From an uncultured delta proteobacterium (GTDB taxonomy: Bacteria > Desulfobacterota > Desulfomonilia > UBA1062): a stretch of 64,000 nucleotides of DNA. The stretch spans positions 1-64,000 of the forward strand of contig CAWAUM010000010.1 of the NCBI GenBank assembly GCA_963785235.1. Direction: 5' to 3'. Shown here piece after piece: positions 40,217 through 49,494 of the stretch; position 1 is the stretch's first letter, and every line of letters starts with the position of its first letter. The position numbers were made by a program, and so were the translations under genes. The notes under the pieces were generated by a model, which was not told the origin of the DNA, ran no database searches, and saw nothing but the letters and a program-made list of their open reading frames with translations.

Positions 40217-40806
40217 AACTCAACTGGGCGGAGCGCATGGCGGTGAACAACCCCCTTCGACCACTGCAGCAGCGCCTGGAGCTCACGCTGCTGAAAAGGC
40301 ACATACCGCTGAAGCCCGGTTTGCGCATTCTGGAAATCGGGTGCGGAAGAGGGGCCGGTGCGCGTCTCATAAGAAACATATTCCATCCATCCCACATCCA
40401 TGCCACAGACCTGGATGTGGAGATGATCCGGATGGCACATACCTACCTTAGCCCTGAAGACCGCACCGGCATCGACTTCTGTGTTGCCGATGCCGCCATG
40501 CTCCCCTTCCCTGAGCGCTCCATGGACGCGGTGTTCGGTTTCGGGGTTCTGCACCATGTCCCTGACTGGCAGTCTGCACTCAGTGAGGTGGTCAGGGTCC
40601 TGAAGCCGGGCGGCATATACTTTTTCGAAGAGCTCTTTCCAACGCTCTACCAGAACTTCATAACAAAGCACATCCTCCTACACCCAAAGGAGAACCGTTT
40701 CAAGAGCCATGAGCTGAAGAAGACGATGAAACGATCAGGTCTTGTGCTTGGAAAATATTTTGAGATACGGCTTATAGAGATATTCGGAGTAGCTCAGAAA
40801 AACTAG
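40213..40806 (+). CDS. Class I SAM-dependent methyltransferase
   Basis: ILEIGCGRG, D.D..M, DA..LPF...S.DAV, LHHVPDW, RVLKPGG. Confidence 0.9.
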   Translation: MKLNWAERMAVNNPLRPLQQRLELTLLKRHIPLKPGLRILEIGCGRGAGARLIRNIFHPSHIHATDLDVEMIRMAHTYLSPEDRTGIDFCVADAAMLPFPERSMDAVFGFGVLHHVPDWQSALSEVVRVLKPGGIYFFEELFPTLYQNFITKHILLHPKENRFKSHELKKTMKRSGLVLGKYFEIRLIEIFGVAQKN

Positions 40807-40907
40807 CTCTTTTCTGCTTTGTTCATGTTTATCATTGAATATTATCGAAGAGATCAATAGTATTAGAAAATCGAGCCCTGTGATAAGATACCGTTTAAGG
40901 AGGGCAT

Positions 40908-42518
40908 ATGTCCTCGAACAGGGTGCCGCTTGATGAGATCCTTTCTCCCGATGAATGCCGGATTATTGATGCCTACGCATCCGGTAATCAAGGTGAGGAT
41001 GTCTTACCCGGCATAGTTGAATTCCTCAGGATGAACTTTTCAATGAGGATCGATGTCGACCCTGACATCATTGACAGCTACAAGACCGACAGTTCCAACC
41101 TGACCGGGAATGCTTCAGCCCTCGCAAGGCCATCTGATGAACGTGAATGCGCTATTATCCTTCGCATGTGCCAGTCGTCCCGAATGCCAGTCACTCTATC
41201 CGCCGGCCGCTCGAACCTCACGGGTAGCGCCACCCCACCAGATGGGATGATTGTCTCCCTCTCAGAGATGAAAACTCCTGGAATACAGGTCAACAATATC
41301 GCAAAATCGGTTGTCAGCCCTGTAGGAATTATTTTCGAAGACATGAGGAAGTCCGTGCTTGAACAAAGTGAAGGGAAACTCTTCTTTCCCATAGACCCGA
41401 CGAGCCGTTGTGATGCCATGGTCGGTGGCGCCATTGCATGCAATGCCTCCGGGTTCACACCGGGAGAGACCGGTGCCATGCGTTCCTGGGTTCGATCTCT
41501 CCGGATCCTCCTTATGAACGGCATGGGCATTACCGCCAGGCGCGGTCAATATGTCTCCGAGGATGGGATGTTTCTATTCACTCATGGATCACAGGAGCTT
41601 GCTGTTCCCGTTCCCAGGTACTCAAGGCCATCGATAAAAAATGCAAGCGGTCCGTATTCCAACTCGAACGGCAGTGTCGACCTTGTCGATCTGATAATTG
41701 GCAGCGAAGGGATATTTGCACTGGTGACCGAATGCACTCTGGCATTGTCCGATCATCCGCGTGAATATCTCGATCTGTTCCTCTCTCTGCCCGATGAGTC
41801 TGATGCCCTGAATCTTCTGGTTTATCTCTCCGGAAGGCTGCCGGAGGAGTTTTCATTGCTCAGTGCTTTTGAATATTTCGGTCCGAATTGCAGGAGATAT
41901 ATGGACCACGAACACCGGCTTTTTAGGACCGACCATGCTGTTGGTGTCTATATACAGGTCCCCTTGCACAATGAGCCACTGGAGCAATCAGCGGCGAAAT
42001 GGCTTGGGATCCTCCAGGATGCCCCATGCCGGATCCAGGAGGATGCCATCATGATTCTTCTGACGGATCGTGACAGGGCGATCTTTTTCGAAGCCCGCCA
42101 CTCCTTGCCGGCACGTTCGCTTGAAGTAGTAACAAGGCGCGGCACCCATACTATCATGACCGATACGGTTGTCCCGTTGGCGGGGTTTGCAGAGTTCCTT
42201 GAATACACCCATGCCCTCATCCTTTCGGAAGGGTTCGATTACCTCGTCTTCGGTCACCTGGGCGACTGTCATCTCCATTTCATGATCCTCCCGGAAAAAG
42301 ACCAGCTACGCCGTGGGGTGGATGTGTACGACAGAATCATAGAAAAGTCCTCAACCCTGGGAGGTGTCTACTCGGGCGAGCACGGCACGGGTAAGAGGAA
42401 ACGAGGCGATTTCCTGAAATGTTATGGTGCCCAGGCAGCAGAACAGGTCCTGGCAACAAAATGTGTATTCGACCCCCTGCTTCTCCTCAACCGTGGCAAT
42501 GTCATAGCATCTCCTTAA
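40908..42518 (+). CDS. FAD-binding oxidoreductase (VAO/GlcD/D-lactate dehydrogenase family)
   Basis: PIDPTS...A.VGG.IA.NASG, GSEGI, GH.GD.HLH, SGEHG.G, FDP...LN.G. Confidence 0.85.
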   Translation: MSSNRVPLDEILSPDECRIIDAYASGNQGEDVLPGIVEFLRMNFSMRIDVDPDIIDSYKTDSSNLTGNASALARPSDERECAIILRMCQSSRMPVTLSAGRSNLTGSATPPDGMIVSLSEMKTPGIQVNNIAKSVVSPVGIIFEDMRKSVLEQSEGKLFFPIDPTSRCDAMVGGAIACNASGFTPGETGAMRSWVRSLRILLMNGMGITARRGQYVSEDGMFLFTHGSQELAVPVPRYSRPSIKNASGPYSNSNGSVDLVDLIIGSEGIFALVTECTLALSDHPREYLDLFLSLPDESDALNLLVYLSGRLPEEFSLLSAFEYFGPNCRRYMDHEHRLFRTDHAVGVYIQVPLHNEPLEQSAAKWLGILQDAPCRIQEDAIMILLTDRDRAIFFEARHSLPARSLEVVTRRGTHTIMTDTVVPLAGFAEFLEYTHALILSEGFDYLVFGHLGDCHLHFMILPEKDQLRRGVDVYDRIIEKSSTLGGVYSGEHGTGKRKRGDFLKCYGAQAAEQVLATKCVFDPLLLLNRGNVIASP

Positions 42519-42812
42519 GGCACAATACTTCTTAGATCCTCACGTCATTTAACCGCTTTTCACTGGCACAGTCCATCAGATGTCATTATACAAAACCGAT
42601 GATCTCAAATATAATCTATGATGAATCAGGCCAGATCTGAGTATAACACATAGCACGAACTCATCAGTTTCTCCGCACTTGTGGAACCGTTGAGTATGGA
42701 CAGCAATTTATCGGAATAAGCTACTCTTTGACGTAGCAAGGTTAAAAAAATACATTGTCTTATCGAGTAAATAATGAGTTTCAGCCTATCAAAGACTACC
42801 GCCCTTCAAAAC

Positions 42813-44765
42813 TTATTTATCATCGTCAAGCCGGTACCGTTTCTCTCTATAGGAAATAGTCGGCCAGATGGCCTGTGCCAAGGCGTCCCTGATGAGTTCC
42901 GGATCCTTTTCGACCGGCTCCAGCTTGCCTTGCCGGAGAATATACGCGGTTGCAGGCTTATTGGGGGTATGGATTACCACCTGGTCTCCCACCATGTAGG
43001 CCTGGTTGTTGTGGAACTGCATAACAGCCCGGCCAGGATAATTTTTAGGCGTTTGCAAAAGGTCATGACCTTGCATGGGATGACTCGATTCGATCCCCAT
43101 GATAGACAGAAGAGTCGGTGCTAGATCAATCTGGCTGGCCACTTTGTCGTAGCGGCCTGGCTTGACATCAGCCCCTATAATCAGTGCCGGAATATGAAAA
43201 CTCTTGACGGGTACCAGTTCGTCGCCGAAAACCTTTTCTTCATGGTCAGCCACAACCAAGAACAGCGTATTATCCCAGTAAGGGGCCTTTTGAGCACGCT
43301 CAAAGAACTTTCCAAGGGCATAATCAGAGTATTTTACAGCGTTATTGCAGGTATTTTTGGGCTTCTCATAGAGTTCTATGCGCCCATCGGGGTATTTGAA
43401 GGGAGCGTGGTTGGATACGGTGAATACAAAGGTGAAAAAAGACTTATTCCCATGGGCTAGAAGCTTTTGGTGGGTAAGGTTGAAAATATCCTCGTCGGAG
43501 ACCCCCCAGGTGCCATGAAAAACCGATTCGGTAAAGTACTTTTCATCGACCACACGATCGAAACCGTTTCCAAGGAGAAAGCCCTGCATGTTGTCGAATT
43601 TGCTGTCCCCTCCATAGAAAAACTCGGTGGTGTACCCCTGCTTTTTCAAGAGGCGGCCGATGGTAAAAAAGTTATGCTGTGACAGACCCAGTTTAACGAT
43701 ACTGCGCAACGGTGTCGGGGGAAAGCCTGTCACAACAGCCTCGACCCCTCCGGACGAACGTGTCCCAGTGGCATACAGCTGGCTGAACCATAGACCTTTC
43801 TGCGAAAGCTTTTCCAGCTCCGGAGTCAGAGGAAGACCGCCCAAGGATTGAACAAACATACCACCCAGGCTTTCCTCGAGAATAATGACAAGATTGAGTG
43901 GCCGGTCCCGTTTCTGCTTCGGAATTTGCCTGTGTAGCGTCGGGATATCCGGGTTGGTGAATGCAGCCTCGGGAAAGCCCATCGCCTTGTGCACGCGCCG
44001 GATGACCTCATCAGTGTCCATTTTACCGTAAGATCGCATCGAATACGACTCATTATAAATTCCGTAAATTGCATAGCAAAGAGAATAGGCGGAACTGACC
44101 CCCAACTGGTTGACCAGGGGATCGTTGCAAAAAGCTGCCGTATTCAGGTTGGCGGGGCGGCTGCTGAAACTGGATCGGGCGCCGGCAAAAAGAAGAAGCA
44201 GAACCAAGGGCAGAACAACCAGTCTCCGCTTTACCCCCCATGGCTGAGATGCAAGGGTCAGCCTATGAATCAATTTCCAGCTCCCCAAGACCGTCAGGAC
44301 AATCAGGACCCCAGCCAGGATCAGGGGGACTTTGTAAGCGGACCATAAGGTTGAAAAGACCTCCTGTGGATGATCGAGATATTCGAAGAAGAGACGGTTC
44401 GGACGGATGTCGAACTGGTCTATAAATGATGGCGTTGCCACCTCCATAAATACAATAAACACGGCATACCCTGTCAGCCATACTTGCAAAACGCGATGCC
44501 AGATGCGGTGAATCTTGTTACTGGAGGGGAGAAGAAGGCTTATGAGGGTAGGCAGGGCAACGGCGATCGATAACAACAAAACATCCATGCGGATGCCATA
44601 CCCTAAGACTGGCCACAGTCCTTCGATGGCTGTGACCCTGTCCCATTTCCAAGCAATGAAGCATAGTCGGGCCAAGCCCAGAAAAACAAGTGTCACAAGA
44701 AAAAAGCCGAATATCGGTAATAACGGGCCTAAATATTTAGCTAACCAACTTTTTACAGTCATCAT
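42813..44765 (-). CDS. LTA synthase/MdoB-like phosphoglycerol transferase (sulfatase superfamily)
   Basis: About five N-terminal TMs, NLVIILEES, WGV.DE, T.SNH.P, Y.D..LG.F, ADH, SQIDLAPT. Confidence 0.85.
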   Translation of the reverse strand: MMTVKSWLAKYLGPLLPIFGFFLVTLVFLGLARLCFIAWKWDRVTAIEGLWPVLGYGIRMDVLLLSIAVALPTLISLLLPSSNKIHRIWHRVLQVWLTGYAVFIVFMEVATPSFIDQFDIRPNRLFFEYLDHPQEVFSTLWSAYKVPLILAGVLIVLTVLGSWKLIHRLTLASQPWGVKRRLVVLPLVLLLLFAGARSSFSSRPANLNTAAFCNDPLVNQLGVSSAYSLCYAIYGIYNESYSMRSYGKMDTDEVIRRVHKAMGFPEAAFTNPDIPTLHRQIPKQKRDRPLNLVIILEESLGGMFVQSLGGLPLTPELEKLSQKGLWFSQLYATGTRSSGGVEAVVTGFPPTPLRSIVKLGLSQHNFFTIGRLLKKQGYTTEFFYGGDSKFDNMQGFLLGNGFDRVVDEKYFTESVFHGTWGVSDEDIFNLTHQKLLAHGNKSFFTFVFTVSNHAPFKYPDGRIELYEKPKNTCNNAVKYSDYALGKFFERAQKAPYWDNTLFLVVADHEEKVFGDELVPVKSFHIPALIIGADVKPGRYDKVASQIDLAPTLLSIMGIESSHPMQGHDLLQTPKNYPGRAVMQFHNNQAYMVGDQVVIHTPNKPATAYILRQGKLEPVEKDPELIRDALAQAIWPTISYREKRYRLDDDK

Positions 44766-44943
44766 CAGAGTGATCCTTCCAGTGAATAGGGGAAGTTCGT
44801 CATAGGAGGGAGAGGTTTACAGAGAAAATATATACAACTATCAAAGTATTATATCCCTCTATTCATGAACATCCAACTTACTGAATTTAGTCAAATACTC
44901 AGTTTAAATTAATTACAAATAAATGCAGATTGGTGTTATCATA

Positions 44944-45654
44944 TTACTCCTTCTCCATGGGAAAGGTCAGCCCCGCCCCGAACCAGCCGATGACGCTCAC
45001 CATGGGCACGAGGGATATGACCAGCAGGAGATAGATAAGCCCCTCCGTGCCGAGCGAGGTGAACACGTCCGGAAACATGGCCCGCCAGAGAAACGTGATC
45101 AGTGCCACACAGAAAAGGATAAGAGACAGGTATATCTTGATCCTGATGGGCGTCATGGGCCGGGCTCCGTAGTTGAGCCACCAGGTGAAGAAGCCGCTCA
45201 GGATGGCCGGGACCGAAAAGAGGATGCCTGCGCCCAGGCAGTGGAACGCGGTTGTCTCAAAGGATTTCACATCCGTGATGAGGAACAGGATGCAGAACAG
45301 GGCCGGGGTGATGGAAAAGGCGATGGGGAAGTGTACGAGCATGGGGTGCGGGTGGCGCCGGAAAAACGGGAAGCGCTTCAGCAGCATCTCGAGCGGGTTG
45401 GGCAGTGAGCCTGCATCTCCCTTTTTCTTCAACACGCCCACTTGGGGATATTTATCCAGGACCTCGGGTCCGTGCGGGGCCGCACCGATATCGGTGGTGA
45501 GGTCCTGGCCTGCTGGGTGACGCTTCATGTGGAGCCCGGTCTTCCACAGCCTGCTTTCGCTTAGGTCAAACACCCTGCCCTTGTGGGCCACATATGCGGG
45601 TTTTCCATCCTTTCCGCTGAATTCCGCCAGAGATTCCGGATCGAATTCCTTCAT
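44944..45654 (-). CDS. Cytochrome b5-like heme/steroid-binding domain fused to a DUF2231-like four-TM domain
   Basis: L.EF.GKDG.PAYVA..G.VFD...W..G.H...H.AGQDLT.....APHG; then HPMLVHFPIA...G..GA.L.F. Confidence 0.85.
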   Translation of the reverse strand: MKEFDPESLAEFSGKDGKPAYVAHKGRVFDLSESRLWKTGLHMKRHPAGQDLTTDIGAAPHGPEVLDKYPQVGVLKKKGDAGSLPNPLEMLLKRFPFFRRHPHPMLVHFPIAFSITPALFCILFLITDVKSFETTAFHCLGAGILFSVPAILSGFFTWWLNYGARPMTPIRIKIYLSLILFCVALITFLWRAMFPDVFTSLGTEGLIYLLLVISLVPMVSVIGWFGAGLTFPMEKE

Positions 45655-45696
45655 AGTGTCCTTCCTTGATAGGGCACAGGATAACCCATAATACTA

Positions 45697-46638
45697 TTAA
45701 AAAAACGTCAAGCTCAACACTGTTGTCAGGAGCATGAACAAAGGATAGTAGCTGCACCTGTTAAACAGTTGAAATGCCTCCGCGGCCCCCCTGGTCTTAT
45801 ACAAATGGTAAGCAGGTATCAGGATAAAATACAATCCCGAAAACATCGCCCCCAGGAGATAGACAGGGCTTATGTGGTTTGGCACTATCCAGAACATGGC
45901 CACACTCATGGCAACGGCAAAGGCCAGCGAAGCATAGATGATCTTTATAGACACCTGTGCACCGAAGCGTACAGGGATTGTCCGGGCCTTTATCTGCTGA
46001 TCGGTATCCAGATCGGACAGATCGTTCGGGACATTCTGCCCTCCGATCTCCCAGAAGAAGAGCCAGAGAAAGAGTATTATCAAGAATGGCATGGAAGGTT
46101 GAGGCGTTACTGCAAATACAGCCGCAATGGGGCCCGAGGTTTTGACTATCCCGCTGATGATACTGCGGAGGTGGGTGATCTTTAAGAGATAGCAGTAGAT
46201 GACTTCAAACATACAGGCACCAAGGAAAATGACAATGCATATGGGATTGAGAAAAAAGGCCCCTGTCAGCGCCAGAACCGCCCAGGCAGAGGCCCACAAC
46301 AGGGCATCCCTGTATCTCAACATCCCCTGCGCAAGGGGGTGGCGTACTAATACGCTGTCCAGGTCCGGTTTCGATTCATGGGCTTTGTTTGAGTGAATGA
46401 GTTCCTTGTCAACACGGTAATCTATGATATCGTTCAGTGCATAAACAGCCGTATAACCCGAGAAGGCGGTGATCAGACCCAGGACAATGACACTTGCAGG
46501 GGGAAAGGCACCCAAACAAAGCAGGGCCGCCAACCCGGGGGTTGCCAGATCCAATAGTAAATGGGGCGTGCGGGAAAGTGCGAGAAAAAGGTTCAGTCTC
46601 GTAATTCCTGCCTGCACTGGAAATGATGTGGTCTTCAA
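45697..46638 (-). CDS. UbiA-family prenyltransferase
   Basis: Multi-TM. First Asp-rich motif NDIIDYRVD plus RHPL..G; second NDLSDLDTD...RTIPVRFG. Confidence 0.88.
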   Translation of the reverse strand: MKTTSFPVQAGITRLNLFLALSRTPHLLLDLATPGLAALLCLGAFPPASVIVLGLITAFSGYTAVYALNDIIDYRVDKELIHSNKAHESKPDLDSVLVRHPLAQGMLRYRDALLWASAWAVLALTGAFFLNPICIVIFLGACMFEVIYCYLLKITHLRSIISGIVKTSGPIAAVFAVTPQPSMPFLIILFLWLFFWEIGGQNVPNDLSDLDTDQQIKARTIPVRFGAQVSIKIIYASLAFAVAMSVAMFWIVPNHISPVYLLGAMFSGLYFILIPAYHLYKTRGAAEAFQLFNRCSYYPLFMLLTTVLSLTFF

Positions 46639-46667
46639 TCAGTTTCCTCTTTTATTATAAAGTAGAG

Positions 46668-49259
46668 TTATTTCTTCTTCTTTTTAAATAACCCCTCCAT
46701 CATATTATCAAGGGATTTGCGGGTTCCATCCGTACCGGACGGCAGCGTGCCTTTGTCCTGGAGCTTCTTCAGGCCCTGATCCAAGGCCTTGTTGGCGTAG
46801 TACCTGGTGAAGGCACTGCTCAAAGATTTTACCTCCACCATGGGAAGAGGCTTCTTGACCGAGCCGGTAATGGTGATGGGCAGCACGAGCCGTTTCTGGT
46901 CGTTCATGATGGCCGAAAATGCGTCGGCCCTGGCGCCCATGCGCTGGGAGAACCGCTTGGGCAGCACTACGTTTCCCTTGAGATGCACCTCATTGGTCTC
47001 CATGCTGATGGTGCCCTTCAGGTTGGACTCGGTATCCACATCCTTGCCGCTCGAAATATTCAGGAGCTTCATGGAGTCGACATTGATGACCTTCTTGGCA
47101 AGGTCGATACTCGTATTCAGCGATTCAAAGCGGGTTGCATTGTATTTCTGTACCTCTGCCGGGGCAAAGCCGAAGATCTCCGATGCCCCGGGCACTCCCA
47201 GAATGGAGCTCAGGGCTGTGCCTGCCAGGTCGAAATTCTTCCACTCACCCTTGCTGATGGTCAGATTACCCTTGGCGCCAAGGTTGTTCAGTGCAGGTGA
47301 ACCGGCCACACCGGTGGCCTTGAGGTCGCCCGAGATGGCCCCGGTAAACACCCCCTTGAAATTCGTGAGCACGTCCAGGATACTGCCTGCCTGCACATTG
47401 TTGAACACAGGGGCTGCAGCCCATGCCTTGGTCTTGAGGTTGTACGATGCAGATCCCCTGATGGAACCCTTGAGCGCGTTCAGGTCGAATGAGCTCACCT
47501 TGAACTGGTCATTTTCCAAGGTAAAGGTGCTGACAAGGGTTGAATATGGCACTTCCATGAAAACGCCTCCCTGGGACTTCATGGAACCCCTGGCCGTGAG
47601 CGCCTTATCCTTTTTCAGGGCATCCACCGCAAAGGTAACGGCATTCATATCGGCCTTCATGGGGCCTGCCAGGACCTTGGCCTTGGGCTGCTCACCTTCC
47701 TTGGGCTTGGTGAGTACAAGGCCCATGCGCTCGGATGCGGCCTGTACATTAATGGCCATGGGTCTGCCGGTCCCACCGCTCAGAATGGTCTTCACCACTA
47801 CATTCCCTGTAGGCTTGAATGCCTGCAGCATGGGGATGATAGCCTGGGCAGCCTGCAGCGAGACAGGTCTGGTCTGTATGCTGATCTGGTAGCTTGATTT
47901 GCCGGAAGCCTTTCGTGCCTCGCCTGAACCTTGTGCTGTTATGGCCCCGAGGTTGAGATCAAGGACGTTGATCTGGGTTATCTCGGGTTTCAAGGTTAAC
48001 CTGCTGGAAAAAGTCATGGGGCTGCCTGCAGGCTTGCTTAAGATCTTGCCAAAGGTGATTGCCATGGGTTTCATGTCAACAGCCGTATTCACCTGGAACG
48101 CCTCTTTGGTGCCCGTGGTGATCAGGCTGAATCCGGCAGGTCCGGCAAGGGTTATCTTGGCGGGTATGAGCCCGGCAAACATGGGCAGCTGTTCAAGAAT
48201 GGGACCCGGGGTTAGGCGATCCGACTTGAAGGACATGTTCCAGGCCGGAGCTGTCCTGAAATTTTGGAGTGCTCCCTGGAAAGAACCGCGGTCCTGCCCC
48301 AGTGTAAAGGTGCCGTTGCTGATCATGAGCTGCTGCTTGTCAAACTCCAGGATGAGATCGTTGGTAATTTTGCATGAAATGCCCTTGAGACCTTTTGCAG
48401 GTTGTTTGATGTCAGCGCTGCGCAATACAAGCCCTTCCAGGTCCAGGGCCACCTTGGAGGCGATCTTGTCTTTCAGGATCCCTTTCGCGGTGATGTCGAT
48501 CTTCATGGCACCTGCCTGAATGGGCATCTTCACCGGGAGTGCGGTAAGGGGCAGCGAATCCAGAACAAGATGCACGTCTACCGGCATCCCTGTAAAACCG
48601 CCCGTTTCCGGCATCGGCCCTACCGTGCCTGCCAGGGCAAAATTCTGTCCTTCAGGGCTCATTACCGATGCAGACAGAGAGAATGAAACGGGTTTGAACA
48701 TGGAGATGTCCTGAGATTCCAGTTCGATATCGCTGATGGCAAAGGGCTTGGCCTCAGGCCCCAGTTTTTCATCCCTGTAGGTTATCATACCCTGCTTTAT
48801 CACCACGTTGCTCACCAGCAATGAGGCAAAAGCCCCGGGCTTTGGTTTCTTCGGTTTCTCACCCGGCTTAGGCGTGACCAGGGTTGCGAAGTTGAACACG
48901 CCTTGAGCATTCTTCACAATATGAATCTGCGGCTCCTTGAGTACAACTGTGTTGATCTTTATCTGCCTTGCCAGCAGGGGCAGAATGGCAACCCTGACCT
49001 TTGCCGCCTTGAGGGTAAGGAAGTCGTCCTTTGAGAATGCCGCGTCATCAAAGATGCGCAGGTCTTTTATCTCAGCACCCAGACCAGTCAGGATCGTGAG
49101 CTTGATTTCCCTGAAATCCACCTGCCTGTTCGTGTAGGTCTTGATCTGGGCAAGGATAGTGTCCTTGTGCTTGTTCAGGTCTATGGCAAAAGGCAATATG
49201 GCAAGGATTACAACAATCAATCCAACAACAGCAGCAACGCCGATTGCAAACTTTTTCAT
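46668..49259 (-). CDS. AsmA-family protein
   Basis: N-terminal anchor, DLN..K..I, V.ILPLL.RQ, G.FNF..L; C-terminal LPI.ITG....P. Confidence 0.8.
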   Translation of the reverse strand: MKKFAIGVAAVVGLIVVILAILPFAIDLNKHKDTILAQIKTYTNRQVDFREIKLTILTGLGAEIKDLRIFDDAAFSKDDFLTLKAAKVRVAILPLLARQIKINTVVLKEPQIHIVKNAQGVFNFATLVTPKPGEKPKKPKPGAFASLLVSNVVIKQGMITYRDEKLGPEAKPFAISDIELESQDISMFKPVSFSLSASVMSPEGQNFALAGTVGPMPETGGFTGMPVDVHLVLDSLPLTALPVKMPIQAGAMKIDITAKGILKDKIASKVALDLEGLVLRSADIKQPAKGLKGISCKITNDLILEFDKQQLMISNGTFTLGQDRGSFQGALQNFRTAPAWNMSFKSDRLTPGPILEQLPMFAGLIPAKITLAGPAGFSLITTGTKEAFQVNTAVDMKPMAITFGKILSKPAGSPMTFSSRLTLKPEITQINVLDLNLGAITAQGSGEARKASGKSSYQISIQTRPVSLQAAQAIIPMLQAFKPTGNVVVKTILSGGTGRPMAINVQAASERMGLVLTKPKEGEQPKAKVLAGPMKADMNAVTFAVDALKKDKALTARGSMKSQGGVFMEVPYSTLVSTFTLENDQFKVSSFDLNALKGSIRGSASYNLKTKAWAAAPVFNNVQAGSILDVLTNFKGVFTGAISGDLKATGVAGSPALNNLGAKGNLTISKGEWKNFDLAGTALSSILGVPGASEIFGFAPAEVQKYNATRFESLNTSIDLAKKVINVDSMKLLNISSGKDVDTESNLKGTISMETNEVHLKGNVVLPKRFSQRMGARADAFSAIMNDQKRLVLPITITGSVKKPLPMVEVKSLSSAFTRYYANKALDQGLKKLQDKGTLPSGTDGTRKSLDNMMEGLFKKKKK

Positions 49260-49435
49260 GTAAAAAACCTCCTTTGTGAGAACAACTGCGAACATCCCCA
49301 CACCTGGAGGTTATATAACATGCACTAGCTGGACAGACAACGGGTGACTCCGAATAACCGGGGGACGGATTCCTGTTCACATTTTAATCCCAGGCACCAA
49401 TCGCTATTCACTATTTCTGATCACTGATCACAATG

Positions 49436-49473
49436 AAAAGAGCCCTTCGCTTTATGAACGAAAGGGCTCTTTT
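49436..49473. terminator. Intrinsic terminator (symmetric) after the asparagine synthetase gene
   Basis: AAAAGAGCCCTTCG-loop-CGAAAGGGCTCTTTT. Confidence 0.75.
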
Positions 49474-49494
49474 ATTAGAAATCTTACTATGACT

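Noticed and set aside
46807-48519. Long plus-strand ORFs (361 and 206 aa) opposite asmA, and similar antisense ORFs throughout
   Set aside because: Shadow frames of GC-biased coding sequence with no recognisable motifs, fully overlapping well-supported genes.
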